Below the pieces are notes generated by a model. That model did not search any database, was not told where the DNA came from, and was given only the letters and a program-made list of their open reading frames with translations. The translations under genes were made by a program, and so were the position numbers. This document shows positions 13,201-27,060 of a DNA stretch of 64,000 bases, one piece after another. The stretch lies in the NCBI RefSeq assembly GCF_033153115.1, contig NW_026889764.1:6262001-6326000 (forward strand). Reading direction: 5' to 3'. Source of the DNA: Saccostrea echinata (taxonomy: Eukaryota). Each line of letters begins with the position of its first letter. Position 1 is the stretch's first letter.

Positions 13201-16185
13201 ATCCACGCATAACTATTAATACTCTGAGTAAACATCTTCAAGACACACGGCAAAATCGTATAAATTTGAAACTTTAAAATTCAGGCCAGATTTGATGAAG
13301 GTATCCCTGGCAAAACATAGAAATACCTTATACAGCACTGCTAAGTCTAAATGAAGACGGCGGGGCTTAATTAATTATGCAGGAAATATTTACTGTGACA
13401 TCAAAGAAAAAAAGCGATTCCTTACAATACCAGAAAATGAAATAATTTACGATTTTAAACTGTTTATAAGTAATCAACTACATTTAAAAAAGTACTGCCG
13501 GCTGCTTTCGTGAAATAAAGAGCATTACTTAATAAATACATAAAATACTTGGCCCAGTAAGTTGAAATTTAAACTAATAAAATGCAAATTCTATTTAAAG
13601 CAGCAGCACTTTCCAGAAACTACAAGCTTTGTAAAAACAATTTATCACTTAAATTTTTACGGTAATCTGAATCAGGATAAGCCCTTGCGATACTGAAATT
13701 TGTTTATGACCCCCATGCAGTACATATTGTATGCATTTATCATGCACTGACTGTCAAATAAGGTGACCAAACTAAATTCAATACAGACTGTGGTATACAT
13801 TCTTATTTCAATTAATATTTAAATCATGTGATAATATTATTGTTTTACAAAAATAAATTCAGTTTAAAAATGTATCTATTTCTGCATTTCTTTATTCCGT
13901 TGATTTCTTCCTTAACTTTCCTTCTTCCTAGCCGCGAGACTATGCACGTAGTTAACAAATATTAACTATAGTTTGATATAGTATCAACATTTTAATATTT
14001 TTATCAATGTTTTACCTAAGTGAATCTAAGTATTTTTACTTTCAATTTTAAATTGTTATATATTATTTGCATTTTTTTAAATATAAAAATAAAATATTAC
14101 CTGTATTCAAAAGTATATAACATATTGCTTTCACAAAATTGTATGGAATTTAAGAAATATTAATGCTCCAAATCTCAAAAATGTTCTAAAGCAAAGGGTC
14201 ATAGAAAACCAAAGGATCAGTTATTTTATTACTATAGTAAACTGTGGTTAACTACAGTAAACTATTGTTAACTAAAGTAACTTAACTATTGTTAATTAAG
14301 TAAACTGTTGTTAACTACAGTAAATTATTGTTAATTATAGTAAATTATTGTTAACTAATATTAACTTTGTTTGATATTATCCAAATCTTGATAGCTTAAT
14401 GTCTTTAAATGTTTTATCAATTTTATTTTTTATCGTTCTAATCTTCTTTGCTTCAACAGATTTTTATGAATATATGTTTTGAATATCCTCATTTGAATAT
14501 TATTCAACATTTTTACTTCATTGAATACTAGAATCTTTACAGAAAGCTGTATTACAAGTAATATCAAGACTCATAGAGAGATCATAACCGAATAGATATC
14601 ATTTGTTTTGTCTCTCAGGATTTAATCATAATTATCATTTGTTTACAGATATGTGGTCCTGCCCCCATTGTACCTTTAGCATCGAAGGATACAAGTCAAA
14701 ATGTTCAATCTGTGGGTCACAAAAAGGTAAGAATTTCCAGAAATTGGAAATGATGGATGTTAGCAAAGCAAAAAAAAAAAAAGAAAAAAAAACCTAAATG
14801 ACGTGACTATGATCATTAAACTTACTGAACAAGAGGATGCAGACTTATCCACTTTTGAAAATGTTAGCGTTGGATATATTTTCATTGGTAATTTTCAGGG
14901 TTCTGGTTTCGGGGGACACAGCGAAAGAAGACGGAGAGGGGGACGCTCGAAATACGGAAAAGCGACTGATGAGGAAGTGCGCATCGTCCTTCTGGGAAAA
15001 ACTGGAACGGGTAAAAGCGCTACCGGGAATACCATCTTGAATGACGATTTCTTTGACTCCACAACATCTGGCACTTCTGTGACATCGCGTTGCACCAGCA
15101 GACATGCCCATAGGTTTGGCAGGGACATTCAAGTTGTGGATACACCAGGGATATTTGATACCAACGTCCCAAATGATAGAGTTCAGAGAGAAATTGTCAA
15201 ATGTATCGGAATCACCGCCCCGGGTCCACACTGTTTTCTTCTTGTCTTCGGACTTTCCCGTTTTACGCAAGAAGAAGAGGAAAGCGTTAACCACTTTGTC
15301 AGTTACTTTGGAAGGAAGGTTTTTCGACATTTCGTCATCCTCTTTACAAGAAAAGATGATCTGGATCACCACAGCTTGACATTGGATGATCACATTCGAA
15401 CTGTTCCAAAGAGTCTGCAATCAATCATACAGGAGTGTAACAATCGCTGTATTGCCTTCAACAACCGAGCTACAGGGTCCGAACGACAAGATCAGGTAGA
15501 AGATCTTCTAGAGATGATCGACGACATTGTTCGCAAGAATCATGGAGATTGTTACACAAATGATATGTACTCTGAGGCTGAAAAGGTTATGAAACAAAGA
15601 CAATACCAAATAAAAGGGAAGAAAAGGGAACGACAACGTGAGCGAGAAAGAAAAGAAATCGAACGTGAAATAGAGCAGAAGTACAAACGCCAAATGAGCG
15701 GTCACTCTCGAAACCAAAATGCACTAGAAAATCGAGTTACAGAGCTGGAATCTAAACGAGACTACTATATGAGTCGGTCTTCAGAACTGAACAAGGAGAT
15801 CCATGAGCTCGAGGACGAGATAGAAAACGAAAGAAGACAACATGGTTCTCCTAGCTCCCATCTTTTAAAGAAACTCAGGAATTTAGAAGACGAGCGTACT
15901 AGATTGGGATCCGGAAAAGAGAAGGAAATGGAGGGGGAGATAGAAGATCTCAGACAAGAGCTCAAACGCATGCACAAGCACTCAAAAAAAATGACAAAGG
16001 AGAAAGACAGAATGTATCAAGAAAAGCTGGAAGAGCATGACCGGAGGTTTAGAGAGATGGAGAATGCACGTCACGAGGTAAGGCAGGAAGTAGAGACTGG
16101 TTCCGGTAATGTGGGAGAGGCTCTTCTTGGTGGTATGATGGTCATAGGGAAGCTAATATGGAAAGGAATACAGATGATCTTTTAA
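10249..16185 (+). CDS. GIMAP: GIMAP/AIG1-family GTPase paralogue 1 with N-terminal RanBP2-type zinc-finger exons (exons 10249-10252, 11106-11207, 14649-14726, ~14899-16185); possible frameshift at the exon 3/4 junction
   Basis: G1 GKTGTGKS, G3 DTPG, conserved box GPHCFLLV..SRFT, G4 TRKD, then a coiled coil and hydrophobic C-terminus. Upstream exons encode WLCNGCTHSD..CVQC and WSCPHCTFSI..CSIC. The acceptor reads cag|GGTTCT versus cag|GTTCT in paralogue 2. Confidence 0.85.
11765..12450 (+). mobile_element. Helentron/HINE-type non-autonomous element with ~79-bp internal repeats (in GIMAP1 intron 2)
   Basis: aacaagatgtgtttgtgaaaca start, internal aaggtca-rich tandem units, (acag)n microsatellite and a terminal hairpin. 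An inverted relative lies at 25093-26250. Confidence 0.75.
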
Positions 16186-16387
16186 TAGTTGAGTACTTCA
16201 ATTTTCAGCTGCATTTAAATATTTTTTATAGACAAATGGGAAGACCAAGCACTTTTATTTGGAATGAAAACTGTTTTGTTTAATTGTTATTCTACTTTCT
16301 ACATTACTGTACATTATAGAATTAAAATATTCTGTAAATTGTTATTGTACTTTGTACATCTATACTTATAAATTAATAAATTTTGCA

Positions 16388-16459
16388 AATAAACTCCGAG
16401 ACGGGTGCACCAGAGTTCTTATTAATAAGAACTCTGGTGCACCCGTCTCGGAGTTTATT
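16388..16459. repeat. Perfect 72-bp palindrome
   Basis: aataaactccgagacgggtgcaccagagttcttatt followed directly by its exact reverse complement. Confidence 0.95.
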
Positions 16460-17208
16460 AACTCCTCTATGAAAACACAAGATGATGTCCATAAACTTTA
16501 TTCAGATTTCACTCGCAAGGTAAGTATCGTACATTACATTAAAAGTCTATTCTCATTTTCTAACAACAGCCATGAAATAGCAAAACGGTGAGTACGGTGA
16601 CGTTCCATTTGGAGTTACTGACAACTTTTAATGAAAGTGACAACAAGCAATAATCATTTCTTTATTTCATAAAACGTCATCACTGAATTAATCAATCAAA
16701 ACATGATTTAAAAGAACTGTTGTTATAACCGATTAAAAAGGGGAATGTGCAAATTGTTTTCCTCATTCACCGATCTTAATATTGACGGAAACTTCTAGAA
16801 CATCATATAGCATCGAGCCCGATTTTAAAACGAAAAACGAGGCGATTATAGCTGCATGAACATAAAAAAAGCTTCTGTGTGAATGGTCATTTAAATAATG
16901 GTAAATCATTGATAACACTATAAGTTGTGAATATATTTATATATCGAAAGACTATTAGTAGGTTTTCTTAATAAATTTGTATATTCCTCACTGTGAGCAT
17001 ACTGGCAACAAACCTGAAGTACAATTTGTACTTCGTAATACATTTGCTTACATGAAAAGAGAAAATTAATGAATAAGGTATTGTTCAAATACAATTAAAG
17101 CTGTAAAATTTTTGTGCTTTAATCAACACATTTCAGTTTTTTTTCTGAATACAGTCTTTTGTATCAAATACTTGGCCTTTTCATAGGGCGTTAAAAGCTA
17201 ATGTTTAC

Positions 17209-17261
<53 letters not shown>

Positions 17262-19489
17262 AGAAGAAGAAGAAAAATCATTTCATCATTTAAATGTGCA
17301 TATTCACTGCTTTTATCCTTGACAGAAATGAAATTAGAGCTCCTGAAGTACAATATCCATGACATTACATAGTATAACAGGTTTCACAATAAACGTCAAT
17401 TAATGAAATTGTTATTTTTCAACTTTTTACAAAGGGGGGGGGGGGTACGTCTACTTCTGCTCCAAAGCTAAATGCAAGATTTTGAACAAAGTATTTGTTC
17501 CTGCTACATGTAAAAACCTGTAGCATGTCAGTAAAAACAACAATATATACATTATGTATTACTGGAATTTTCTGTCGGTAGTTGTATAAATTTCTACAAA
17601 GTCATTATCTATCATCCCTGAAAGTTCGTTGATTCTATCTTTAACCGTTCTTTTTTAAAACCGCTTGCGCTTTAAGAATAGAGCTGTCCCTGAAATATCA
17701 CAGTGCAGCAGCAATAGTAACTTCTCTGAACTACCTAGATATGACGTCATAATAGCATATGACGTCATGTTACTGCAAACTTGAGCTGACATGACGGGGA
17801 GAGTGTCAAAAATTTTACATTCCTGTCTTATGACATGTAAAAAATAATTTAAACTTGATGTTGAAGTCAGCTGTCTGGATTGTTTATAAACTTCAATATA
17901 ATTGTGAAAATTTGCATTGACATCATGATTTCTTTCTCTTGTCTGCTATATAGCGTAATCAAGCAGAATCCGCAGAAAAAGTTAGAATTGATACATCATG
18001 TAAAAATAAGACTGGCAGAAGTGATTAATAAGGATAAATTAAAGATATTCTGTGTGAATCTACGAGAGTACTATGTTCTCTAATTGAATCTTGCTGGAGG
18101 ATAATTTGAATTATAGTCTAATTTGCATAAATTGCAGTAAATTGCAATACACTCATATGTGTGGGTAAGATGTTCTCGTGAAATAAATACTATATAAAAA
18201 AAAATTCAGACTTGCCTCAGCACTTTAAATAAACAATACGATACAATTAATTTATTCATATAACAAAAAAGTTCACAATGATTTGTTTATCACTTATGCC
18301 GATGTAAGTTGTGTGCAACATATTGGAAATGTTACAAGTGACCGTCACGAGATCACGGAAGTCATGTGACATCACAAAAATATATATGTTAATCTGATCC
18401 TACCTGATAAACTATCTTCGCAAATTGGCTTTACATATATACATAAATTTCAAACTGAAATCACAACACAGACCAGTATTTTTTTAAGTGTGTGCATTTT
18501 AAGACTTCGAACAGTGTGTGCATTTTAAGACTTCGGACAGCCTTAATATAGCCGCGTGGACAAAATGTGAAATAAGAAACAGAAAACCGGTTTATTCGCA
18601 ACAGGAAATAATGCTGGCAAAATTACAAAAAAAAGTTCAATCCTATAAGTAATTTCTCATTCATTGTTGAAAGTTTCATGAAAACTGTTGAGAGATCCAT
18701 GAGAAACTGCCTGCACAAAATCGATTAAAAAAATTAGCCGCGCTTGTTGCAAAGCAACAAATTAGTCTTTCATCTAAGTTTCAAGGAAATGAGATCGAGA
18801 GATTCTTGACGAGAAATGACGAGATGTCAGACGTCGTCAGTAACATGTATCAATGATATCTACGCTGATTTATTACATTTATTACTACTTTCTGAGTGAC
18901 CGGAAGTGATGTGATTTGACGGCATTTGATGACCACTTTAGCTGCTATTTGTTCTTTCAAACAATTTTTCTTTTATGATGCTTACTGCTTCTCAATACTT
19001 TTGGAGATACCAGGAAAATCTTTTTGTCTCCTCTAGCTCCCCAATTTAAGGGGCCAACCCCTATTTGTTATATCAGTTGAAAGACTGTGTCATTCTGTAC
19101 AACTTTTCTTCTATATGTATTCTCAAAATATTTACAGGTAGAGATATATTATGAAAAGATAACTTTTTGAATAGTTTATAAGTGCAAAAAGTTAATTAGC
19201 AGGATTTTGAAATTTTAAATTATATTATTCAAACTATTTTACAAAAAAAATAAGCTCGTGTTTATTGTTTTGATTACATCTGGTAAAATATGAAAAATGT
19301 TAAAGTGATTAGCCCGAAAGTGACAATTTAAGCGCATGAAGATCAAATTATTTATACGTTGCTCGGTAAGATGCACACTGATTCCCCCATCCCCAGTTTA
19401 GTTGCGATTTTGAGTAGTCCTATATGAGTAGTTATCTAAAATATACTTCACAAAAATCTTCGATATAACTCATGTATCGAGTGACATAC

Positions 19490-20310
19490 CTGAATTAGAT
19501 CGTTGTTGAACACTAAGTACAAGAAAGTAGAGAACATCCCTCCCTGTCTCACACCTTGGGAGACAGGAAACCATTCAGAGTATGTTTAATTAACAGCAAC
19601 AGGACAGGAAGTGTCAGTGTGACAGTCATCAGTGAGAGACAGCAAGAGGCCGGATATTCCCAACTTGAGTTCATGTCTCCAGATAGTGTCAAATACCTTC
19701 TGGGTATCTTGGAAGGCAACATAAACTGGACTTCCGTATTTAATATTGCGAAATATTGTCTCTTGTAAGTTGAAGGAAGCAGTGATACATGCCACCTTTT
19801 GCTGGAATCCTTGTTGTTGGGGATTGTGGAAACGATTATTTTGCAAACAGAATGTTTTTATTCTCGTGAATAACAGCTTTTGGAAACATTTCAAAGAGAC
19901 AAGGGAGTAAAGCAATTGGTCTGTAGATTTTCTAGGTTTAATGCTGCCTTTGTAGATCGCAGTGATTAGATCGCGCCTCCATGTTGTGGGCACGTTCCCT
20001 ATCTTTATGAAGGAGTAAAAAAGGTGAGCAAAACATTTAGTTAGGCATAATCCTCCGTAAATAAAGGGTTCATTCTGAATGCCATTGAGCCCTGGGACTT
20101 TTCTTCGCTTGATGGTAGAAGTGATAGGATGGATCTCCTCGGGAGTTATTGAGCCTCCAGGTATCGAAGATCCCCTGTCGAAATGAATTGGTCGTTTTAT
20201 TTCTTAATATGATGCATGACCTTTCGATAGTGCTTTTAAAAGGTAAATCATAATGACTACTGTCATTAAAATTGTAAACATTTTCGAGGTGTTGTGCGAA
20301 ACACATACCA
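19490..20310 (-). mobile_element. Decayed non-LTR retrotransposon (LINE) reverse transcriptase fragment
   Basis: Minus-strand motifs ITAIYKG, QQGFQ, VYVAFQDTQKVFDTIW, plus an RQGG.FS-like segment, with frameshifts. Confidence 0.75.
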
Positions 20311-23300
20311 AGAAAATATAACCATCAATTGTCGCCCGGGAAGTAAATGAAGTAAAATTTTGATCACCAAACCGCCTCGATTTGTGGCATACGTCTGAAT
20401 GATCGAGACTATAGTCGAGAAGATTTACGGAAAACTTCTAATAAGATGAAAATCGAACAAATACGATACCGTTTTAAACTTTACCATTTCCTCAAGTAAC
20501 TGTTGGCTGCATATTTCTAAATTAGAATCAGACAAATGTATCACCTATCATCAAAAATATATTTGACTTAGTGAATATAAAACTCAAACGGTGTAACGTA
20601 CGTTTTTATGCGACAAGTAAAATTTTATGTTCTGAAAATGGGACATGTCGTTTTGTCGATAGTAAATGATAAGCAACTTTGTATATTGCAGATGAAAAAC
20701 ATATATATTTTAGTGGAAGTAAATATATTATGTATCTCTTAATTAAAGGGAAAGAATCTTTTTAATGTATAGTTTACCTGAATAACTTCTACCTCAATCC
20801 CATACACCAAAACGTAAATTCAAATGTGTAGAGCAGCCCGGTTATCCGGGCTGCAATAACTTCAAATGGGTAATCGTATGTTTTTACAGTCTATTTTATT
20901 TCAGTGAAAATTCTGCAGTTTCGTGGACGTTGATGGTGAATTAATTCCCAAAACTAGCGCAGGTCACATTCGGAGACTTCGTTGATACTACTGATTACTT
21001 TTGTCATATACCGATCATACTCTTAGTTAATTAACTTGTAACCAATGTTTCTTTTAGCGCACTTGTAGTATCTGAAAGACTCGTGTCGCATTCTTCCATG
21101 GCGACCTTCACAAAATCCAAACTTGACCTTTTTTCACGTTCTAGGGAATGTAATATTTTCCCATTTGGTGTCCACTCAGGTTTAAATAAGGTCTGTGTAA
21201 ACCATTAGGTATGGACAAGGATGCAGCACTGTACAGCACGGCATGTACATTTAAATCACACCAAAATGAACTGACATCGTCAATAGAATTTATTAAATAT
21301 CTTTTCTTAAAAACTGTACAATTTAATCTTCAATAACCATTTCAAATTATTTAACTTTCCTACTTTTCACCTTACTCCATGCGGAAAGCGCGAATTAAGA
21401 TTCACATAATACATAACATTTCACATCAATATTTAGCACTATCGGTGATTGCAGATGATCCGATGTAAGAAAAAAAGATCCCTCTTTGTATACTGTTAAA
21501 GTGGAAAATATTGGTTTTATTTTCATGTCTGCGATCGAAGCATTTTCCGGGAACATTAAGCCATCGTTAATATTGTCGACAAAACTACATAGCATCCATA
21601 TATCTATTCACTTTAAAAGCATGTTTTCCTATTTCGTAAAAGTAAAATAGTAATTTATTGAAAATCATAAGATGACCATTTAAAATCATAAGATAACCAT
21701 AGGTTATAACAATTGCGGGTAAAAGTTAGTTTCTTGATGCGTTTGTTTCCAATAATATTTTAAAGAATTGTTCATTCATTTGCAAATATTTAGTTATGAA
21801 AAATTTGGTGACCATGAAATTATACCATCTTTTACAGGAAATCGTGAGATATTAAACACGTGAAATTAATGACGTTTACGGTATATGATATTGTTTTACA
21901 TGTTTATAAAAACCTCACTACGTAGTAAATAGTTTAAAGTAGTTTGTGTCTGAATGAAGGTATAATGTGAACCTAATGCAGAGATATCAATGCCAGGGCA
22001 TCCACGTCGTTCCGTATTACAAATTCTTTTAAAAACGTAGATTGATGCAGGTTTGATCTAAGCTTATCAGCATTTAGGAAACTGACATTGAAATCATCTG
22101 GCAACGAAAAATAATTGAATAAAGCATCAAGGATGTTTAATTTATTTATATTAAACTGAATGCTACTAAATGAGGGGAGGTAAACACCAAAAATGTACAG
22201 AGATCGCTTGTGCGAGCCCGAGCGTATTAACTCAATAGTCCTAATATGCCAAATGAATCCATATCAGGTATTTCACGCACTGAAGAAAGTAAGTCTTTTT
22301 ATACATGACAGTAAACATGACACCAATACTACCTCTACCTACAAAATATTCACAAGTACAGTCAACACCAGATTCAGTTCGTCAAAAACACATAATTATA
22401 GTCTTCGGAATTTCGATGGGAACTGCTAATTTATTAGCCAACCTTTCTTATAATCCTATGAAGCAGAATTTATCCAAAAACTTCTACACGAGAAGATAAA
22501 AACACTTGCTATGGCCCTCAACTCAACATTCAGATTTATCAACGACTTTATCAACTACAGTGTACCAATAGCTACTTCAATTCATTTATTTGTTTGTTAT
22601 TTGTTTGTTTATCTTCCTTCAAGATTTTTCACTCAAATTTAAAAAATGCAACCACTTGCCGGTGGACAGCTGCCTTTAAACCTTTACTCAGCACTTCCTG
22701 CCCTTGAGCAGTGAGTGATCTTTTTCGTGTCGGTACCTACTGTGACGCGGAACCTCGGTTTCCTAACCAAAAAAAAGTTTACTATAGTGATAACTTTGAC
22801 ACTATGAAAACTATAGTGATACATGTAACTTTGACACTTTGATTTTCCATAGTGATAAATATGAAAACTTTGATTTACTATAGTGTTAACTTTGACACTA
22901 TGAACACTTTGATTAACTCTAGTGACCACTATGAAAACTTTGGTTTACAATGGCGATCACTATGAAAACTGATTTACTATAATGATCACTTTGACACTTA
23001 GAAAACTTTTAAATACTATTGTGTTCACTGTGAAAACTTAGATTTATAAAAGTTGTCACTCAAATATATTTTATATCATTGAGGTAACTCTACATTATAT
23101 GTCTTGTTTACATACTTGATAGCATTAAATTATGCTATTTACTATAATATAAAAAAGATCAATTTAAATAAAAGCTAAACAATTTTCATTTTAGAAATGT
23201 TATTAAGTTGAAGTCTTTGAACACCCATAGTTTATTGTTTTCAAAAAGTATAACATTAAAAATAAAATTGAATGCCAAAAATGAATTGCATGCAAAGTGC

Positions 23301-23561
23301 ATGGGATAATTTGAAATCTTTCGTAAATTGAGATAATCTGCAAAACTGGATAATACCAATGTTGTGAAATCGAATAACTTCTATATGTATATCACAGAAA
23401 ATAATATACTGTGGTAATAATTTTTTAACTTTTTTAAAATATCTAGAGACTTCATGTCTAAAACTTTTATAAACCATAATGCTGAGTTTGAAATTTTGAT
23501 TTACCAGTGTGTAAAGGTTGCAACTTTGATTATATTGATCACTCTGATAACTATAGTAAAA

Positions 23562-23730
23562 TCATCCAAAGGACCGGTCTCCGCGACGCGGAATCTTGAT
23601 TGATACTTTCTCATCCAAAGGACCGGTCTCCGCGACGCGGAATCTTGATTGATACTTTCTCATCCAAAGGACCGGTCTCCGCGACGCGGAATCTTGATTG
23701 ATACTTTCTCATCCAAAGGACCGGTTTTCG
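23562..23730. repeat. 49-bp tandem repeat (~3.4 copies), apparently SINE-derived
   Basis: Unit tcatccaaaggaccggtctccgcgacgcggaatcttgattgatactttc at 23562, 23611, 23660, partial at 23709; resembles the SINE body at 31690-31730. Confidence 0.85.
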
Positions 23731-23929
23731 CGTCACAAAGTTGATTCGATTCCTTATTCAACAGCTCTAGAACAATTGCTCTAACTACTGCGCCACGCGA
23801 TTGACTTCTTCAATTTATTTGTCGACTCTATCTCAGTAAATTTGAAAAAAAAAGAAACCACAGAGTATGCTACATCTGTTTCATATTGGATGTTTTACTG
23901 ACTAAGGACGACTTTTGTCCTTTTACTGA

Positions 23930-24850
23930 ATTACGACTACCCCATACCATCCAATGTGCAACGGACTCGTTAAAAAGTTTAATTCAACACTAAAACAAAT
24001 GCTTAAAATGATGTTCGCAAAGAGGCCCAAGGACTGGGATAAATATATCTAAATCCATTACTGTTCGCATATTGTGAGGTTCCAAAGGAAAGTCTCGGGT
24101 TTTCTCCATTTGATCTTTTGTATGAACATAATGATGATTCTTAATGAGTTAATAACTAAAGATATTCCCGATGAAGAAGTCAAAACTACATATCAATATG
24201 TCTTTGTTCTGAGAGAAAGACTTGAAAAACATGCAAAATCGCCCATGAGAATCTAGAAAATGCTAGAAAACGTCAATGCAAATATTACAATAAGAAAACA
24301 AACAACCGTCAAATGAAAGGAGATAAAGTGTTAGTCGTCCGTCCAACGAAGTCTAACAAACTTCTCATTTCTGGAATGCGGAATGGAACTAATAGTGTCA
24401 TACGGAAGACTGGACCTATAAATTACAAGATTGACCTAGGAGGCAAGACGAAAACGTATCAAGCAAATCTGTTAAAAATTATATCGAAAGAGATGAATCT
24501 AAAGTTGAAGGTTTAACAGCATGTGCAGCTTCTCTCATAGATTTCAGTGATGAAGTCACCAATGAAGCACAAGATTCAATTTTGCTGCCATCAGGAATTC
24601 AAACAGAATCAGTGAAGGATATTCATTTTGCAGAACGCCTTACGCCAGAGCACCAAGATGTGGAGTTTCTATGTGAACAATTTAGTGAAGTTTTTATTGA
24701 CATTCCTAGAGGAACAAAGTTCAAAATCGAATTTACATTGACTTAACCGATGACAGTGAAACATATTCAGTCATACCGTTTCAGAATCGTAGCAATAAAA
24801 GGAAGTGATAGCGTGGGAGCAGACTATCTAAGTCGGCAGTAAACGACAGT
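23930..24850 (+). mobile_element. Decayed Gypsy-like integrase / pol remnant
   Basis: RTTPYHP..NG..KKFNSTLKQML..RPKDWDKY and GDKVLV motifs broken by frameshifts and stops. Confidence 0.7.
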
Positions 24851-25092
24851 AGTAGATAATTCAATGTATGTATGTAGATTACTGTAAATACGTTCAGAAT
24901 TTCAAATATTGTGTCTAAGAGTGACTGTTCTGGAAAAAAATTGTACAATTTTCTTTTAGGGTGTAACAATCAATAGTTTAACCCTTTGGGTACCCCTTGT
25001 ATTTCGTACAAGTATTACCCTTCAGTACCTCTTTATTAGCACCAAGAATTCTTTGCAAAAAAAAGCTCAGCCGATAGGTAACAATAGCTACT

Positions 25093-25465
25093 GTTTTTAT
25101 GCCCCCGTATCGAAGATTCGGGGGTATATAGTTTTTGCCCTGTCCGTCCGTCCGTCTGTCTGTCTGTCTGTCTAGCTGTCTGTCTGTTTGTCCGCAAAAA
25201 CTTTAACATTGCCCATAACTTTTGATTGGTTGGAGCTATGGCTTTCATATTTCACATACGTATTTCTTGTGACAAGACCTTTCTTTGGTTACCACCATAT
25301 TTGACATTTTGACCTTGACCTTGGAGTTTGACCCAGTTTTGCATTTTTTTCCCCAATTTTAACCTTGGCCATAACGTTTGAACAATTGGAGCTAGGGATT
25401 TCATACTTCACACGTGTAATCCTTGTGACATAACCTTCCTTTGGATACCAACAACTTTGATCCCT

Positions 25466-25496
<31 letters not shown>

Positions 25497-26250
25497 AAAA
25501 AACTTTAACCTTGGCCATAACTTTTGAACGGCTGGTGCTAGGGCTTTTATACTTCACATATGTAATCATTGTGACAAGACTTTCCTTTGGATTGAAACAA
25601 CTTTGACCCTTTGACCTTGAAGTTTGACCTACTTTTGGAAAACTTTAACCTTGCCCATAACTTTTGAACCGTTGGTGCTAGGGCTTTCATACTTCACACA
25701 TATAATCCTTGTGACAAATCCTTCCTTTGGATGCGAACAATTTCGACCCTTTGACCTTGACCTTGGACTTTGACCTACTTTTGGAAAACTTTAACCTTGA
25801 ACACAAATTTTGAAAAGTCGTTGCTAGGGCTTTCAATTTAACATGTTTTTTTTCCTTCTGACAAGACCTTCCTTTGGATACCAACAGTTGTAATCCATTG
25901 ACCTTGGCCTTTGAGGTTGACCTTCTTTTGAAAAAATTCAACCTTGGTCATAACTTTTGAACGATTGGTGCTTCAGCTTTCATATTTCACCTGTATTTTT
26001 CTTGTGAGAAGGCCTTTCCTTAGGCACCATTAATTTTGACCATTTGACCTTGACCTTGATGTTTGACTTACTTTTGAAAAACTTTAACCTTTTCTATATC
26101 TATTCAATGGTTGCTGCTAGGGCTTTCATATTTCACAGGCATATTCCTTGAGACAAGACCTTACTTTGGGTACCAACATATTTGATTTGCATTTGAGAAA
26201 GTTTAACCTTTGCTATAAGTTGCATCAGTGTTTCACAAACACATCTTGTT
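25093..26250 (-). mobile_element. Helentron/HINE-type element with ~79-bp tandem repeats
   Basis: Terminal hairpin cccccg..cgggggt, (tccg)n/(tctg)n microsatellite, tgaccttgacc units, and end tttcacaaacacatcttgtt. Reverse-complement relative of 11765-12450. Confidence 0.8.
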
Positions 26251-26719
26251 ATTGTATTTTTTTCACTGTATTTCTTTTTCATGTATGAGTGGTAGTAAAT
26301 GATCAAAAGTACTGTCCGCCATACAAACTGTTTGATGATAATGAAAATAGCTTAGTGTTTACAAATAATATTGAACTCATACATTACTAAGTGGTTATTA
26401 ATTAAAGCCAAGTAAAATAAAAGGATAGTATTTCCATACGTAGTGTAAAAAAATTTACTGATTAAGGAGGGTTAATGTTTTAGCAACATGCTGAGGAGTG
26501 CACTGTATTGATGATGGTGATAACGATGAAGTCGATGGTGACGACAAGGCTTATGAAGACGATGTCGATGATGATGATGTCTACGAAGTACATGTAGCGG
26601 GAATCATTAATACTAGTGCCACTGATCCCCAACAGCAGTCCAGGATTACAGCCCAGGAGGTTGATGGATAGTGTAGGACTACTGAAAGAGTACTTTCGTA
26701 TAGACGAAATATGAAGATA

Positions 26720-27060
26720 ACGAACGGTATTCAATCTCGAAAGTCCAATGAATCGATACGAATTTGAAGCAGAGCAAACAAGGACCTCAAAATTTAGAAA
26801 TGGGATCAGGTGTCATGGACGAGTGAGCATCTCCTGCCGACCGGTCACACTCGCCGTGTGCTCCTTGTCATGATCGGGAAAACCCCCCGGAAATATCCGT
26901 AGACAGTTCAGTGTATAGATAATTACCTAATAATCAGTATGAAAAACGACAGTCAGCATTTGACTCAATGACATGTTGTATGTGCTGTCAAGGTCATTGT
27001 ATCGACCGAAAAACCTGCGAAAAGATGACATCATACGAGACTGTTGATATCCTTATAGTT
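26720..27060 (-). mobile_element. Penelope-like retroelement fragment (related copies ~32190-32565 and ~51000-51390)
   Basis: Shared gagcatctcctgccgaccggtcacac core. The 32439-32645 copy encodes YGVYVSQLIRYARACS, typical of the PLE RT C-terminal region. Confidence 0.6.

Noticed and set aside
14803-14898. N-terminus of the 460-aa ORF as the normal GIMAP1 start
   Set aside because: Homologous to paralogue 2 intron 3, so it is intronic; kept only as a possible alternative start.
14837-15977. Antisense and alternate-frame ORFs over the GIMAP exons (similarly 32660-34066 and 38537-39012)
   Set aside because: Shadows of the real coding frame.
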